DNA of 64,000 nucleotides, taken from the NCBI GenBank assembly GCA_043228905.1, contig JBHGNT010000006.1, forward strand, positions 2,666,001-2,730,000, written 5' to 3'. Positions 43,105 to 55,779 of the stretch are shown piece by piece; position 1 is the first letter of the stretch; every line of letters begins with the position of its first letter. The position numbers and the translations under genes are program-made. Under the pieces are notes generated by a model that worked only from the letters and a program-made list of their open reading frames with translations, had not been told where the DNA came from and did not search any database. The DNA is from Azolla caroliniana (taxonomy: Eukaryota > Plantae > Polypodiophyta).

Positions 43105-43600
43105 CATGTGTGGGCCCTCGACGGAGACTCGAGAGGTTTGGGTTTGAGATGCGAGCAAAGGAAGGGGGGGGGGGGAGGGGCCCAAGTTGCAACCAAGTGG
43201 TCAGTGTGGCATGGTCGGGGGTCAAGAGCGAGGTGTGACTGGCGAGAGAGAGAGAGAGAGAGAGAGAGAGCATTGGTTGGGGGTACATATGTAATGTACA
43301 TGAAACATAGAACTCATTCTGGAGGAGGTCACAAGTTCGATTCCCACACCCACACAACAAAAGAAAGTAAGTCTTCTAAACACACAACAAACACACACAC
43401 TTCCCGCAAATTTTTTTTGGCTTCTCTTCTCATCATCACAACATTGCCCTGTTTTTTTTGTTTGTTCTTTTGGGAGGGGTGGACGACGCTCCTCTGTTCT
43501 GTTCTGTTCTGTTCTGTTCTGTGCTCCTTCTGCCGTAACCCTAACCCTAACCCTAGATCTGACCCTAGATCTGACCCCCCTTAAACTTTACCCTAGTCTT
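43105..43600 (+). promoter_or_regulatory. Promoter/5' UTR of the hnRNP gene with site-II-like and telobox-like elements
   Basis: TGGGCC (~43110) and GGCCCA (~43179), a (GA)n tract, then TAACCCTAACCCTAACCCTAG (~43536) and ACCCTAGATCTG x2 just upstream of the ATG. Confidence 0.45.
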
Positions 43601-43671
43601 AACAGCCTAACTTCTGACCCCTTACCCTCTTCCTTACCTCAAATCTGCACACACAGTGCTCTGAGCTCGCC

Positions 43672-46124
43672 ATGGATTCCGACGTGGGGAAGCTCTTCAT
43701 CGGCGGCATCTCTTGGGAGACAAGCGAGGAGACGCTCAAGGAGCACTTCAGCTCCTATGGTGAGATCACCGACACAGTCATCATGAAGGACAGGGCCACC
43801 GGGCGAGCTCGAGGATTTGGCTTTGTCGTCTTCGCAGATCCCTCTGTTGCTGACAGAGCTGTTGCAGAGAAACACGTCATCGAAGGAAGAACGGTAGATT
43901 CCGCTACTCTGTATGTGTCTGTCTGCAGATGATCGGCTATGATGTCGTTGTTTGCTAGATTTGAGAGTGTCTTCTTTTTTCAGAGTTTTAGAATTCGGTG
44001 CCGTGTTATGGACTGTTTTACACGTTGAATTTGTTAAGAGTTTTTCATGAATTGTGTCCAAAATCTTCCTGCGGAGTCTTGGCTTTGGTGTCTTCTATTT
44101 TTCTGTTTTGGCTGTTTCACTTGTTGAAATTGTTAAGGATCTCCTCATAAATTGTGTCAAAAATCTTTCTGCAGAATTTTTGTTTTCTTCAATGGTAAAT
44201 TTTGGGAATCCTAAAGAATAGTATCACAAAGCTTCTTCGAGCTCTCATTTACAGAGGAAAAATTAATGTTTTGATTGTTTTACCTGTAGGGATTTTTAAT
44301 ATCAATAGTTTACTCATAAATCTACATAGATGCAAAGGTCTCAATGTGGAAACTACTGTTTTCCTATTTTTAGATTGCCTGAGGCGTTTTTGTAGCCCTG
44401 AATCTACAGCTATGTAAATGCAGAGGAAATTTAGGGTTTTGATACTTGATTTTTTGCGAGAATTTTTCTAGCCCATTGTTGTACTCCTCAGCAAGACAGG
44501 GAAATGGTATTCTAAGCAGTCATCATTCCGTAGCTATTTTAAGTGCTCTTTTGATGAAAAATTTGATCTATGATTAGGCTTTTCTAATTGCAAATTCTCA
44601 TGTTTTTGCTCATAATTGTGTTTGTCTTACAATCCTCTGTGTTTGCTTTGATTCCTTTCTTTGTGAACCTTCTGTGAGTGAGACAAAGGTAAACTTTCAT
44701 CGGAAGATCTGTTACGGTTTCTTTCTTCTCATGAATAAATATTGCTTGTTGCCAGGAATATAGATTAGCGATTTATAAGCATTAAATTGCAATAGAACAC
44801 CTCAGTTTTTTAGTTTTTAGTTTGTGTTTTCTCATAAATGCATTCCTCTATGTAACGGAGTAAGAGTATAAGGGATTTCTATTCTGTAATTCCTAATCTT
44901 GAGCCATGTTTTATAAAGGTGGATGTGAAGAAGGCTGTACCTCGAGATGAACAACATCAAGGCTCTGCGAAGAGTTCAAATGGCAATGGCCCCCGAACCA
45001 AGAAAATATTTGTAGGAGGTCTAGCTGCTAATGTGACCGAAGAGGACTTTAAGCAATACTTTGGCCAGTTTGGTAACATCACAGACGCTGTGGTGATGTA
45101 TGATCAGGGTTCACAAAGGCCACGAGGCTTTGGATTCATCAGTTTTGACTCAGAAGATGCAGTGGATAAGGTTTTACAGAAGAATTTCCATGAGTTAAAC
45201 CAAAAGATGGTAGAGGTGAAGCCAGCTGTACCGAAAGATATGGGAGGAGGAGGAAGAGCTCAAGGGGGAGGTGGACATGGTGGTGGCAGTGGCAGTGGCC
45301 GAGGTGGTTATGGCCAAGGTTACAATTCCAATCAAGGTAATAACTCATATGGAGGTGGTCAATTCTCAGTTGGAAGAGGTGGTGGTTACCCTCCTTATGG
45401 ATCAGGTGGAGGTGGTGGTGGTGGTGGTTATGGTGGTCCTCCATATGGCTCAGGTGGTGGTTATGGACCTGGACCAGGTTATGGACCGCCAATGAATGGA
45501 GGCTATGGCACTAATAGCTACTCTGGTGGCTATGGTAATATTCCACCATCATCTGGATATAATAATAGCACAGGTGGTGGTGGATATGGAGCATCATCAG
45601 CAACTGGAGCCTATAATGGGGTGGCGGCTCCTCCCCCTGCAGGCGGCGGTCAGAGGAGTCCATGGGGAAGCTCAGGTGGTATGTATCCTGTGGGCGGCAA
45701 TGGAGGAATGGGTGGTGGTTATGTAAGTGGTGGAGGATGGGCAGGCTCAGTTCCTATGTCTGGTGGACCGACTGGAATTGCTGGAGGCTATGGAGGAGGT
45801 GGTGGTTATGGAGGTTACAATGGTGGTGGTGTTAGTGAGGGTGGTTATGGAGGATATAATAGTAGTGGTGGTGGGGAAGGTGGATATGGGTCAGGTCCTA
45901 ATGGTTATGGAGCTCAAGGGGGTGGCCATCATGGACCCGGCCCTGCAGCACCAGTGGCTGATCCTTACTCAGGTGGCTATCAAAGATCTGGGCCAGATAC
46001 AGGTGTGAACAATACTGCTTCTGGATATGGAGCTCCGACATCTGAAGGGGGCTATGGTGTGGCTGGGAAGCAAACACAAAGAGGCCCTGATGCTCGCTTT
46101 AGACCTTATCCCGCACACGGTTGA
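43672..46124 (+). CDS. hnRNP A/B-like RNA-binding protein: two RRMs plus Gly/Tyr-rich low-complexity tail, ~475 aa, 2 exons
   Basis: Exons 43672-43893 and 44919-46124 total 1428 nt. RRM1 has KLFIGGISW and RGFGFVVF. RRM2 has KIFVGGL and RGFGFISF. The tail is GGY-repeat rich and ends in RFRPY (PY-NLS-like). Confidence 0.95.
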
Positions 46125-48835
46125 TGTGTTTTGTTTTGTGCTTGGAATTTTGAGTCCAAAAAGGCAACTTTGTTCCTGTTCTGGCGTGGTGAGGACAAAA
46201 CCTTTTTGGAAATGGGTTTATTTTATTCATCCATTTTTTCACCTCTTGGGATGTCGGTCGTACCCCTTTGGGCTGATTTGTGTTGCCACCCTGGAATTGG
46301 AAATATATGGTCAGTAAATCTGGACTCATGCTGTTTAGTAGTAGTAGTAGTAGTAGTAGTAATAGTTATTAGTTAGTATTAGAGTATCGAAAAATCTGGC
46401 TTTTGGGTTCATTGAAGGTTAGGTTCTTACAGCTCAATCTTATTTCGTTTTTTCTATAGTTATGTAGCTCTAGTTAAACCTACAACTAAAAAAATTGCTT
46501 CAGAGGATTTATTTTTTGTTCCTAATGCTCAATGCCTCAACCCTCTCAAGCAAGGATAAAAGAAAAAGAGTCTGTATGAGATTTATTAAGTTTTTTTATG
46601 GCTAAAGTAAGCAGACACAAGTTTCAGTGTTTATTTCTTCATCAAAAGTCTAGTGCAGTCTTTACAATGTGGGTAGCATCATTCTTGTCGTAAGAAAATG
46701 TGGAAAGCGAGAACATCTATATATATAGACAGGAGACAGATATAGACCATTACAAAAAAATTGTAGATTGAGGATTAAGCAAAGAATCTACGTGCTTATT
46801 TACATGATGTGTCGTGGATGTGCCAGATATACACAGGGAAAAACAATCAAACAAACATGTGTTTGGGAGCACTACATGGAAGAAGACGTCCGAGAGAACA
46901 GATTTCTCTTATTTCTCAAACTGCGAGCATGATCTTTAAAAAAGTGGTAAATTGAAGTTTGTTTCTGGTTACTCACCTAAAAAGAGTGTTGTGTTATGCA
47001 CATGTTCGAGACTTGTATACCTCAAAACTTCTTTTTTTCTTTCCTTTAAATGAAAAGTTTGATTATTATTTATGCAATTTATGCATGCCAGTCTGTGAGG
47101 TTTTGAACTGTTGACTCTTTGAGTAGACTAAAAACGAGGGATGTGAATGTTCAAAATATATGTACCTTTAACATCTCCCTTTTTGTCTATTCTTTCCTTT
47201 TGTTGAGTGGTTTAATTGCTGTTGACGAGAACAAACCCGAGTGTGGATCTTGCTGGGGTTTTCATCTCTAGACCTTGAATTGATGAAACGGAGTGATATG
47301 TTATGTGCATATGCACAAGCTGGATTTTTTTTTTTTCATTTTTTCCTGAGCGTAAAATTCAATTGCTGATTGAACCAATGAAAATTAAGTGTGGCTCTGG
47401 GCATTTTTGAAATTCCCCAACCACTCCACCGCAAAAAAAAAAACCCCAATTTGATTTCTTATTATTGATTTTCTTATATAGCTTGGAAATATTCAAAACT
47501 AACCCCACCTTTAGGGTTTAGGAATTAATGTGACAAATTACAATGCTCCATTTGTTGATTGATTGTGTTTGCCGGCGGATGAAGATTCTATCAATCTATT
47601 CATAGTAAATATTTAGTGTCAGAAGTGGTATATAGTATATCAACATTGGTATTTCCTCTTGGGCCTTCTTGTGAAAAATGCATTGCATAGGTAGGACCCC
47701 CCATTGAATTGAGAACATTATGTTTCAATTGATCTAATATCAAACTGAATTCAAACTTACAATACTTTGTCCACATACCCACATAGTGTAACACAGACAC
47801 ATGGGCACAAATTCACAATGTTTCCACTGTGAAGTGAATGTGTATTTTTCCCATACCTTCTCTTGAGTGGATGAGGTTGACAATGTCGGTGTATATCATT
47901 TCTTTGACCTTATGTGCACATGTCGGCTGGGCAAGGTGTATTGAATGCTTACTATTTCAGGTTTAGTTATCCTCTTGAGCTGTTTTTTGAATGAGTTTAA
48001 GAATATTTCAAGCAAATATAAAAGGAGCCATTTTCTTGTTCTTTACTTTTATGAGGCATGGAATCGACCATAAAACTTTGGAATTATTTTATCAAAATGT
48101 TGAAATTTCATGTAAAAATGACAATTTTCTACTTCATACTTAATGTGGTCATTATAGCATTGGAACCTTTTGAAAGATGATGAAATCTACCATACAATTT
48201 GGACTTGTCAATTGTTTATTGAAAATTTATGTAAAAATGACAATTTTCTACCTCAATTGATGAAAATGCTTAAATTCTTGGGTCTAGTGCATGGGTGACA
48301 TATTCACGAAGCATGATAATTGAGTAGATCATGATATGATGTTGGGTTACCTCACCCAACATTGCCTACATTGATGTGCATGCAACATATAACATTGGTG
48401 TACATAGGACATGTTCAAACTCACAATCCACAAACCATACCTACTCACAAGGCATTATGTCTACACAACATCCATATTAGTGGACAAGGCTTCAATGTCT
48501 ATTATTGACATTTTGTGCCCCACAATACACATGCATGTGTTGAACCAAGATTTGTTTTTCTATAAATTTAATTGTATTTTGACTTATATATCATGGTGTG
48601 AATTGCATAGTTTGCACAATGTATCACCTTTCGAGGGACTAGGCTAAAAAAACAAAAAACTACAAGACAATGTGCTCTATTTCTAGTACTCCTTAATGAT
48701 TATTTAGGGTAACCTGATCCTTAACACGGATGTAGGGTTATTGATAGAACCTAGGAGTTCTTTCAAACGACTAATGTGAAATTTCGGATGAACGGTAAAC
48801 CCTAAAAACCATAAGAAAACGTGGCATTAAAGGGA

Positions 48836-49027
48836 AGAGATAGATAGAGAGATATTATTGCGTCCATAGTGAGGCTAATATTGACCTAGAGATAGATAGA
48901 TTATATTATCGTCTTCGGAGGTCAAATATAATCTATGCGACAATAAATACTATATTTCAAGGGAGTAGTGATTCTCGATATTCAAGAACTTTACCAATGA
49001 ATGTTGCAATCGAGAGTGCGCGTTATG

Positions 49028-49030
<3 letters not shown>
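48836..49030 (-). mobile_element. Two stacked 3'-end fragments of the same LINE family, abutting a (GA)n microsatellite
   Basis: Reverse complement reads: (TC)n, coding tail IATFIGKVLEYRESLL*, GTCGCATAGATTATATTTGACCTCCGAAGACGATAAT, (TATC)n, TAGGTCAATATTAGCCTCACTATGGACGCAATAAT, (TC/TATC)n. Confidence 0.6.
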
Positions 49031-49091
<61 letters not shown>

Positions 49092-49505
49092 CTCCATCGT
49101 GACATCCATTGTAAGCAGTGTTTTTCACACACATTTATTAAATAATTGAATGTTTTCACCCAAGATGAAAAAGAAGAGCAGAAATGGTCCCCCAAGGACA
49201 TGTGTCTATGACACAATAGACGGCCAATCGGAAGCTTCCATACGAGAAAAGATGGGTTGTGGGAGGCCAATCCGCAGCTTCTTTATGAAAAGAGATGGGT
49301 TGTGGGGGAGCTAAAAACGTGAGTCTCATGGGCATGATGTGCCCTGCATTCAATACTGCCCAAGAAACATGGGAAAAAAAGATGCATGCGCGTGTATGTG
49401 TGTTGTAGATGTCTATATGTATGCCGATGTATGTATATATGTATATGGACATACATATATATGTATCATGTATGAATGTATATATGTATGTATATGTATG
49501 CAGTA

Positions 49506-52500
49506 ATGGCTGAGCTGAGTTCTGGGTGTCAGATGAAGGGTACGAACATGCTACTCTCTGCACACCATATCCGCATGATTCTTCTTCTTCCCTTCCTCTT
49601 CTTCGGTTCCCCATCTCTCTCCGACAGCTTGTCTTCTGTTTGCCAGCTGCTCGACCCCAGCCCTTCCCTCCAACAGTTCATTGCCCCTCTCACTTTCCCC
49701 CCCCTCCTCCATCTCTCTGACCTTCATCAGCTCACTCTTGGAGCTTACAGAATCACTCAGGTATGATTTTTCATCTTCTCATCCCCCACAAACGCTACAT
49801 TCAAGTGATTGAATACATGGAGATTTCCATGGTTCCTTTTTATTTTTATTTTCTATGCGTAAGAGCTTTTCTGCCTCATGAATCTATTGGAATGCATGAA
49901 TGTGCATCTATTCCTGGCATAAATCCATTCCTGAACTTATCCATACATCTATGCCTGACATAGATTCCCTACTATTAGCACTTCAAGCATAATCTGAATC
50001 TGTGTATCCGACGATAGAGACATCACCTCTACCCAAACATAGACACTTATCTTTAGTGCCACTCAGAGTGCATCCCAATGTTTCTTACTAGGATTTGACA
50101 TGAATCGACTTACTGCCCCCACTGCAAATGCAATGTCTGGTCTAGTAGCCACAATGGCATACATAAAACTACCAATAGCAAATTGATAAGGAACCTTGGT
50201 CATGAATTCCTTGTCCTCATCAGATGTGGGACAATCACACGTGCTCAGCTTTACATATGTAGGCAATGGAGTGCCCAATGGATTTGCATTCTCCATATTA
50301 AACTTCTTGAGTACTTTGGATATGTACTGAGCCTAAGACAAGTAAATGCATCGTTTACTCCTATCACGAGTAATACGCATACCAAGAATATGTTTTCCGT
50401 CTCCCAAATCCTTCATGTCAAAAGTCTGACTCAAGTTTTTCTTCAACAATGATAACTCATTCTTGTTTTTACCAATGATAAGCATGTCATCAACATAGAG
50501 TATCACTATAATAGAACTCTCATCTGAACATTTTTCATATAAAGACAAGGATCCTCATTGCTTATAGTGCACCCTTAAGTCTTCGTAAAAGCATCAAACT
50601 TTTGGTACCACAATCTTGGGGATTGCTTAAGCCCGTACAAGCTCTTCTTGACTTACGTACGAAGTGTTCTTTGCTTGAGACATCATAACCCTCTGGTTGT
50701 TGTTCCATACTTGTAGACCCACGTGCATGATAATGCTTTCCTATCCTTTGACAAAGGTACTACATACCAAGTCCTATTCTTATCAATACTATCCAATTCA
50801 CCTTGCACGGCATGCTCCCACTTAGCATGATCACTAGCCAACCAGTGAGACGATCAACTCGTGTCTCTAGGCCACCTGCTAGGCTCACGGACTATTTGAT
50901 GTTAATGGATGCATGTTTCTCTGTTATGAATCTGTTATCAACACACTGTTTAAAATTACTCATGGAGTTATGGTTTCTACTTCACAGAAGCTGCACCCCG
51001 ATCTTCCACAGACTGTGTTATATGCTTATGGCATCAGTGAGGAGGATGCAACTTATCCTGGACCAACGCTTGTGGTGAGTCAAATCTGCCATATGCTACA
51101 GACATAACGCACGTGCTTATTTATTATCTTCTGGTTTCTTTGGTTTTATGATGACACAGGCCACACAGGATATGGCCGCCCATATTAGATGGGAGAACCA
51201 TATCCCGGACAAGCGCCACTTCTTAACAGTAGACGAGACCATACAGTGGGCAGACCCGGTGCAAGGGGGTGTGCCCATCGTCACACACTTACATGGCGCC
51301 GAGGTCCAGAGCTCCTCCGACGGCCATCCCGAGGCTTGGTTCACTCCGTCCGGCGAGACTGGGCCTACCTACTTGGGCCAAAACTTCACTTACCCTAACA
51401 ATCAACCCCCCGCTCTGCTATGGTACCACGACCACACCATTGGTATTACCCGCCTCAATGTCGTTAGTGGGTTAGCTGGCATGTATATCATCACTTCCGA
51501 ACAAGAAAAGCAGCTGGGCCTCCCTCTCGGAATCCCCCTTGTCCTACAAGACCGCCAATTTTATGCCAATGGGTCCATCAATTTCCCTACCCTCGGCATC
51601 ATCCCTGACGAGCACCCGCAATGGTGCCCCGAATATTACGGCGACACAATTCTTGTCAATGGTGTGGTTTGGCCTTAACTCAGGGTGTTTCCCCGCCCAT
51701 ATCGCTTCCGTTTGCTGAATGGTTGTAGCGCCCGATTTTTCGTGTTGTCATTGAGCGAGTCGGCCTTGTCTTTCTATCAGATTGGCACCGATGGTGGGTT
51801 TGTGAGTGATGGACCATGGAACCTAACCACCCTAACCATTGCTCCGGCAGAGAGAATTGACGTTATCATAGACTTCTCCTTGGTTGGGAGTGGTAGTAAG
51901 GTTGTGCTCAATAACTCGGGCGCAACGCCGTTCCCAACTGGAGACACGGTCAATGCTCCTCCAGGAACATGGGCTGTCATGGAGTTCATAGTTGTCGATG
52001 AAGATGGTATTTCAGATGGGATAGTAAATCTTCCCATAAACCTTGATTTGCTTATTGAACGAGATGAGGCCCCATTATCCAAAGATAATGTATCTGTGAC
52101 TAGGAGCCTTAGTGTTGTTGAGTATGATGACTCAAATCACTTGCCAGTTCATTTCACACTTGAAAACAAGACATGGGAGGACCCCGTGGTTGTGAAACCT
52201 GTAGAAGGAGTGACTGAATTGTGGGAATTCATGAACCTTAGGATTAATTCTCACCCACTTCACATTCATCTCACTAGTTTCCAAGTCTTGAATCAACAAG
52301 AATTTGCCAATGTGGATTATGAGTCTGGCATTTGTTCCCTTGACAAACCTTACCTTGAGGAAGGATCTTGCTTTACTGAAGCTCCAGGAGACCCCTATGA
52401 CTATCAAAAAGGATGGAAAGATACAGTTATATTATGGCCAAGTGTTATAACACGAGTGCTTATTCGTTTTAGCACACGAAATGGATCTTCTTTCAAGTTT

Positions 52501-52617
52501 GATCCCACGGATGGACCTGGCTATCTATGGCATTGCCACATTGTGGATCATGAGGATAATGTGATGATGAGGCCATTTAGGGTCATTAGGAATAGTAGTA
52601 CAGTTTCTTATTCCTAG
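49506..52617 (+). pseudogene. LPR1: LPR1/LPR2-type (CotA/bilirubin-oxidase-like) multicopper oxidase with one in-frame premature TAA
   Basis: Exons 49506-49760, 50988-51074 and 51160-52617 total 1800 nt. Copper motifs HLHG, WYHDH, HPLHIHL and HCHIVDHEDNVMMRP are all present. TAA at 51676-51678 lies in NGVVWP*LRV, where homologs have WPYL, and the frame continues after it. The symbol denotes the family, not proven orthology. Confidence 0.85.
49965..50912 (-). mobile_element. LTR-less Ty1/copia RT fragment in LPR intron 1, with an internal deletion and an inverted 5' segment
   Basis: Minus strand: KWEHAVQGELDSIDKNRTW...WVYK, SLYGLKQSPRLWY, ILYVDDMLI, FDMKDLG..KHILGMRI and YQFAIGSFMYAIVATRPDIAFAVG. 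Frameshifted. Confidence 0.9.
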
Positions 52618-54444
52618 AAGTGTTCATGTGGGTTGACTTGGATGGTTTGTGTGATGAGTGTTGGGTTAACTGTTTGTAAGAGGCTATTGGCTAGATAAAA
52701 GGTATTTAGTAATCTCACTATTTCCATGGTTGTATGTATAACCATTATCTAATGAACTACTTTCAAATTTCACTAACATGGTCATAATCTTAACCCTTAC
52801 TCGAAACTTTACTTTGTATCACATGGACTTTTGGAAAATGTCTTCCCAAATGACCAGTAAGTCACCAAGCAATACAGTAAAGCCTTGATATAATTGGGTT
52901 TTGATAATCTAGTAGTTATAATTTCTATATCTTGGATACATTTATATACTATTCATTAGACATGCATGCACGCACAGACTCAACAATCTTTATGGTGTTA
53001 TCTTTGTAATGAGGCTACATCTTTATGTAGAATGTGTGCATGCCCAAGCACAAACACATAGACCACACTCACTACCTCATAATGATTCTTTGCAATTAAA
53101 GAAAAATGAAAGACGTTCATAACAGATGCAAGGATGAAACAATGGTGCACATGATGCAACATTGCTAGGTAATTGATTCATAACTTAAAAGAAAGTAGAA
53201 TTGGCAACATCAGTTGAGTTTTGGTTACTAACATTGTTTTCAAAGGATGCAAGAAGACAATTGATGAAGAAATGAATGAGAGAGATTGTAGTGAGTCGAG
53301 ATACAAGAGAAGTTTGAAGCTTATATGCATTATCTTAGGTTTGTTAGGATTATTTTTGTTTATAAGCATAAAAAACAAATACAAGCAATCGATGAATGGA
53401 AAATGGTTCCATGATCTTGTTTCATAGTTTTTTTATGAGTATTTTGATGCATGACTTTATAATTTCATTGATATTTGTTTGTTGTCCATAATTCATTGTA
53501 GTGAAAAAATCAAATGTATTTAGAAACAATTGAACAACGTAACTCTAAATCGACAAACCAACATATCTTCTAGGTAGCAACAATAACAATAACATAGCAA
53601 GAGAATCACTCTAACGGGGTGGGGTTATGGTGCATGCACCAAAGAGAAGTTAACTAGTGTGGTGTGCCAATGACCAACATAATCATATGGGAAAGAAATA
53701 ACAAAGAATGTTTTAGTTCAAAGAGGAAGTCTATATGTTTTAGACACAGATGGATTGTTTCATAAAATCTCATGAGTCCATGCACATAACAATACAACCT
53801 AGATTATTATGAATTGATCAGGTTCAACCACTTCAGTGGGTTGCACATGCTTACATGGTCACATAGATCCATTTATCTTCAATGCATGGATCAAAGAACA
53901 CTTGACGATCATGCCAACTTAATTTTTCTCTTGATATCCATTATCATAAGCAAAGAGAAATCGTAATGCAACTATAGGCTTTAGCAAACAACAATATTTC
54001 CACAATGCTCAAATTTGCATGTAAAAACATATCATATGAACTAGCTCTTACAAGAGAAATATCGTCCACATTTGGAATTAAAACACGCTATAGTAACATT
54101 TTGTAAGCAAAACATAATGGAACAAGCACTATCATAGACTTTTCACTATTAATCCATACCACCTAAATAGAATTAGCTATTGCTTGGGTAGGAGACGAGA
54201 GAATGTGCTAATCATGCCATTGTTGAGATGGTTGCGTGAACTCTTTGGAGAGTGTGAAGTCATTGATATATTTTGTTCTTTTAACTTCTTCCAAAGAGTG
54301 AAGTCATTGATATATTTTGTTCTTTTAACTTCTTTTGTTGTGTTGACAACGTAGGTATTGCATTTATGTTACTTCCATAATGAGATCAATGTATTGTGGA
54401 AACTATACTAAGGATTTATATAAAAATATTGTATTCACTAGTGG

Positions 54445-54782
54445 CATGACCACTTAAACAAAGACTCTCAAGCAAAATAGGCAGGCAATGCCCTCGATGC
54501 TATGTAGGATTTGAAATGTTGGTGTAGTAGAGAAAACCCACAATTGGTAACTCCTTGACTTGTTTTATGTTGGTGTTATGTACATGTAGTATTTCTCAAA
54601 CTAATTGCAATATTGGCCCTAATACAAGGGATACGTTTGGAGACTTATCCATGAAAGAGTTCCATCAAAAGAGATGTTAACATGATCACTTAAACAAACA
54701 CTATCAAACAAAATAGGCTGGCAATGCTTTCGATGTTATGTAGATTGATTTGAGATGGTGGTGTAGTAGAGGAAAGCCACAT
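54445..54782. repeat. Dispersed ~100-bp duplication (54445-54541 and 54681-54782)
   Basis: CATGA(C/T)CACTTAAACAAA...AAAATAGGC.GGCAATGC...GGTGTAGTAGAG.AAA.CCAC occurs twice. A separate 44-bp-period duplication lies at ~54254-54335. Confidence 0.75.
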
Positions 54783-55528
54783 TAGTTCGCTCTTCTTCGT
54801 TGAGGACATGAATCATTATTCAAGGTAATTTGGTTGTCAGTCATAGCATTAACAACTTTCTTATGAGGTAATAATAAGACTATGATCGATCGCACTCTAA
54901 GACACATATGGCCATTGACAGTGGAGGTTAGATATAGTAATGAGACCAAAAGATAAATAAAAGAAAGGAAATAAAACTCGGGTCTAATTCCATTGAAAAA
55001 CTAAACAAGCTACAAATAAATTGTATCTATCGTCTGAACGGACAAAAGGGAATTGGAGAGGCTTCACATGGGGCAAGGAATCTCCACACAAATTCTCATC
55101 CCAACAAATGAAGACACCCCCGTCCCTCGAATAAATAAATAAATACGAAGACAAGGCGAGAAAGAAAAGAAAGAACAATATATTAACACCCTATAAGACC
55201 AATTTTGGCCCACGAGACAATCGGTTATAACAAAAATGGGATGTATACGCAATCATCGAAAATAAACATAAATAATCGTTGATAAAAGAGTTGTATTGTA
55301 CAAAAGATGTTAGAGACAAAACAAAGGAAGAAGGGAAAAAACCAGGATGTTAGATAATAGTTCTAACCATAGTATGAACCATACGTACCATATGTGCATT
55401 CGCATTCGCGAATGGTTCAATCATTTGCGAAAGAAAAACACCCTCAAAGAATGATAAATACCATACTTTTGGATTAACTATTTATTATGAGGTAGATAAG
55501 CCTAAAAATGAAAAAAAAACAAAAATAA

Positions 55529-55779
55529 AGTTATAGAATAGAGTGATTAAGTAAGATCAAAGAGTGATTAGATATTAATCAAGATCACAATACAATATCT
55601 AGATAGAGCTCATAGGCTATGCTCATCTCTATATATTCAAAATGATTGAGATACATAAGTTTTATGACTCACAAGATGATGAGATGCATGCATACTATTT
55701 ACATCATGAAGTCTTGTTAACTAGAGTTTAAGACTAAGATAAGTATAACATGACTCATGTTATGCATGAGTTCATAACA
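55529..55779 (-). repeat. 3' LTR
   Basis: On +: (A)GTTATAGAATAG...GTTCATAACA. The terminal base is mutated relative to TG. Confidence 0.92.

Noticed and set aside
51676-51678. Rescue of the LPR stop by fern-type U-to-C RNA editing
   Set aside because: That editing is organellar, and it would give CAA (Gln) rather than the conserved Tyr.
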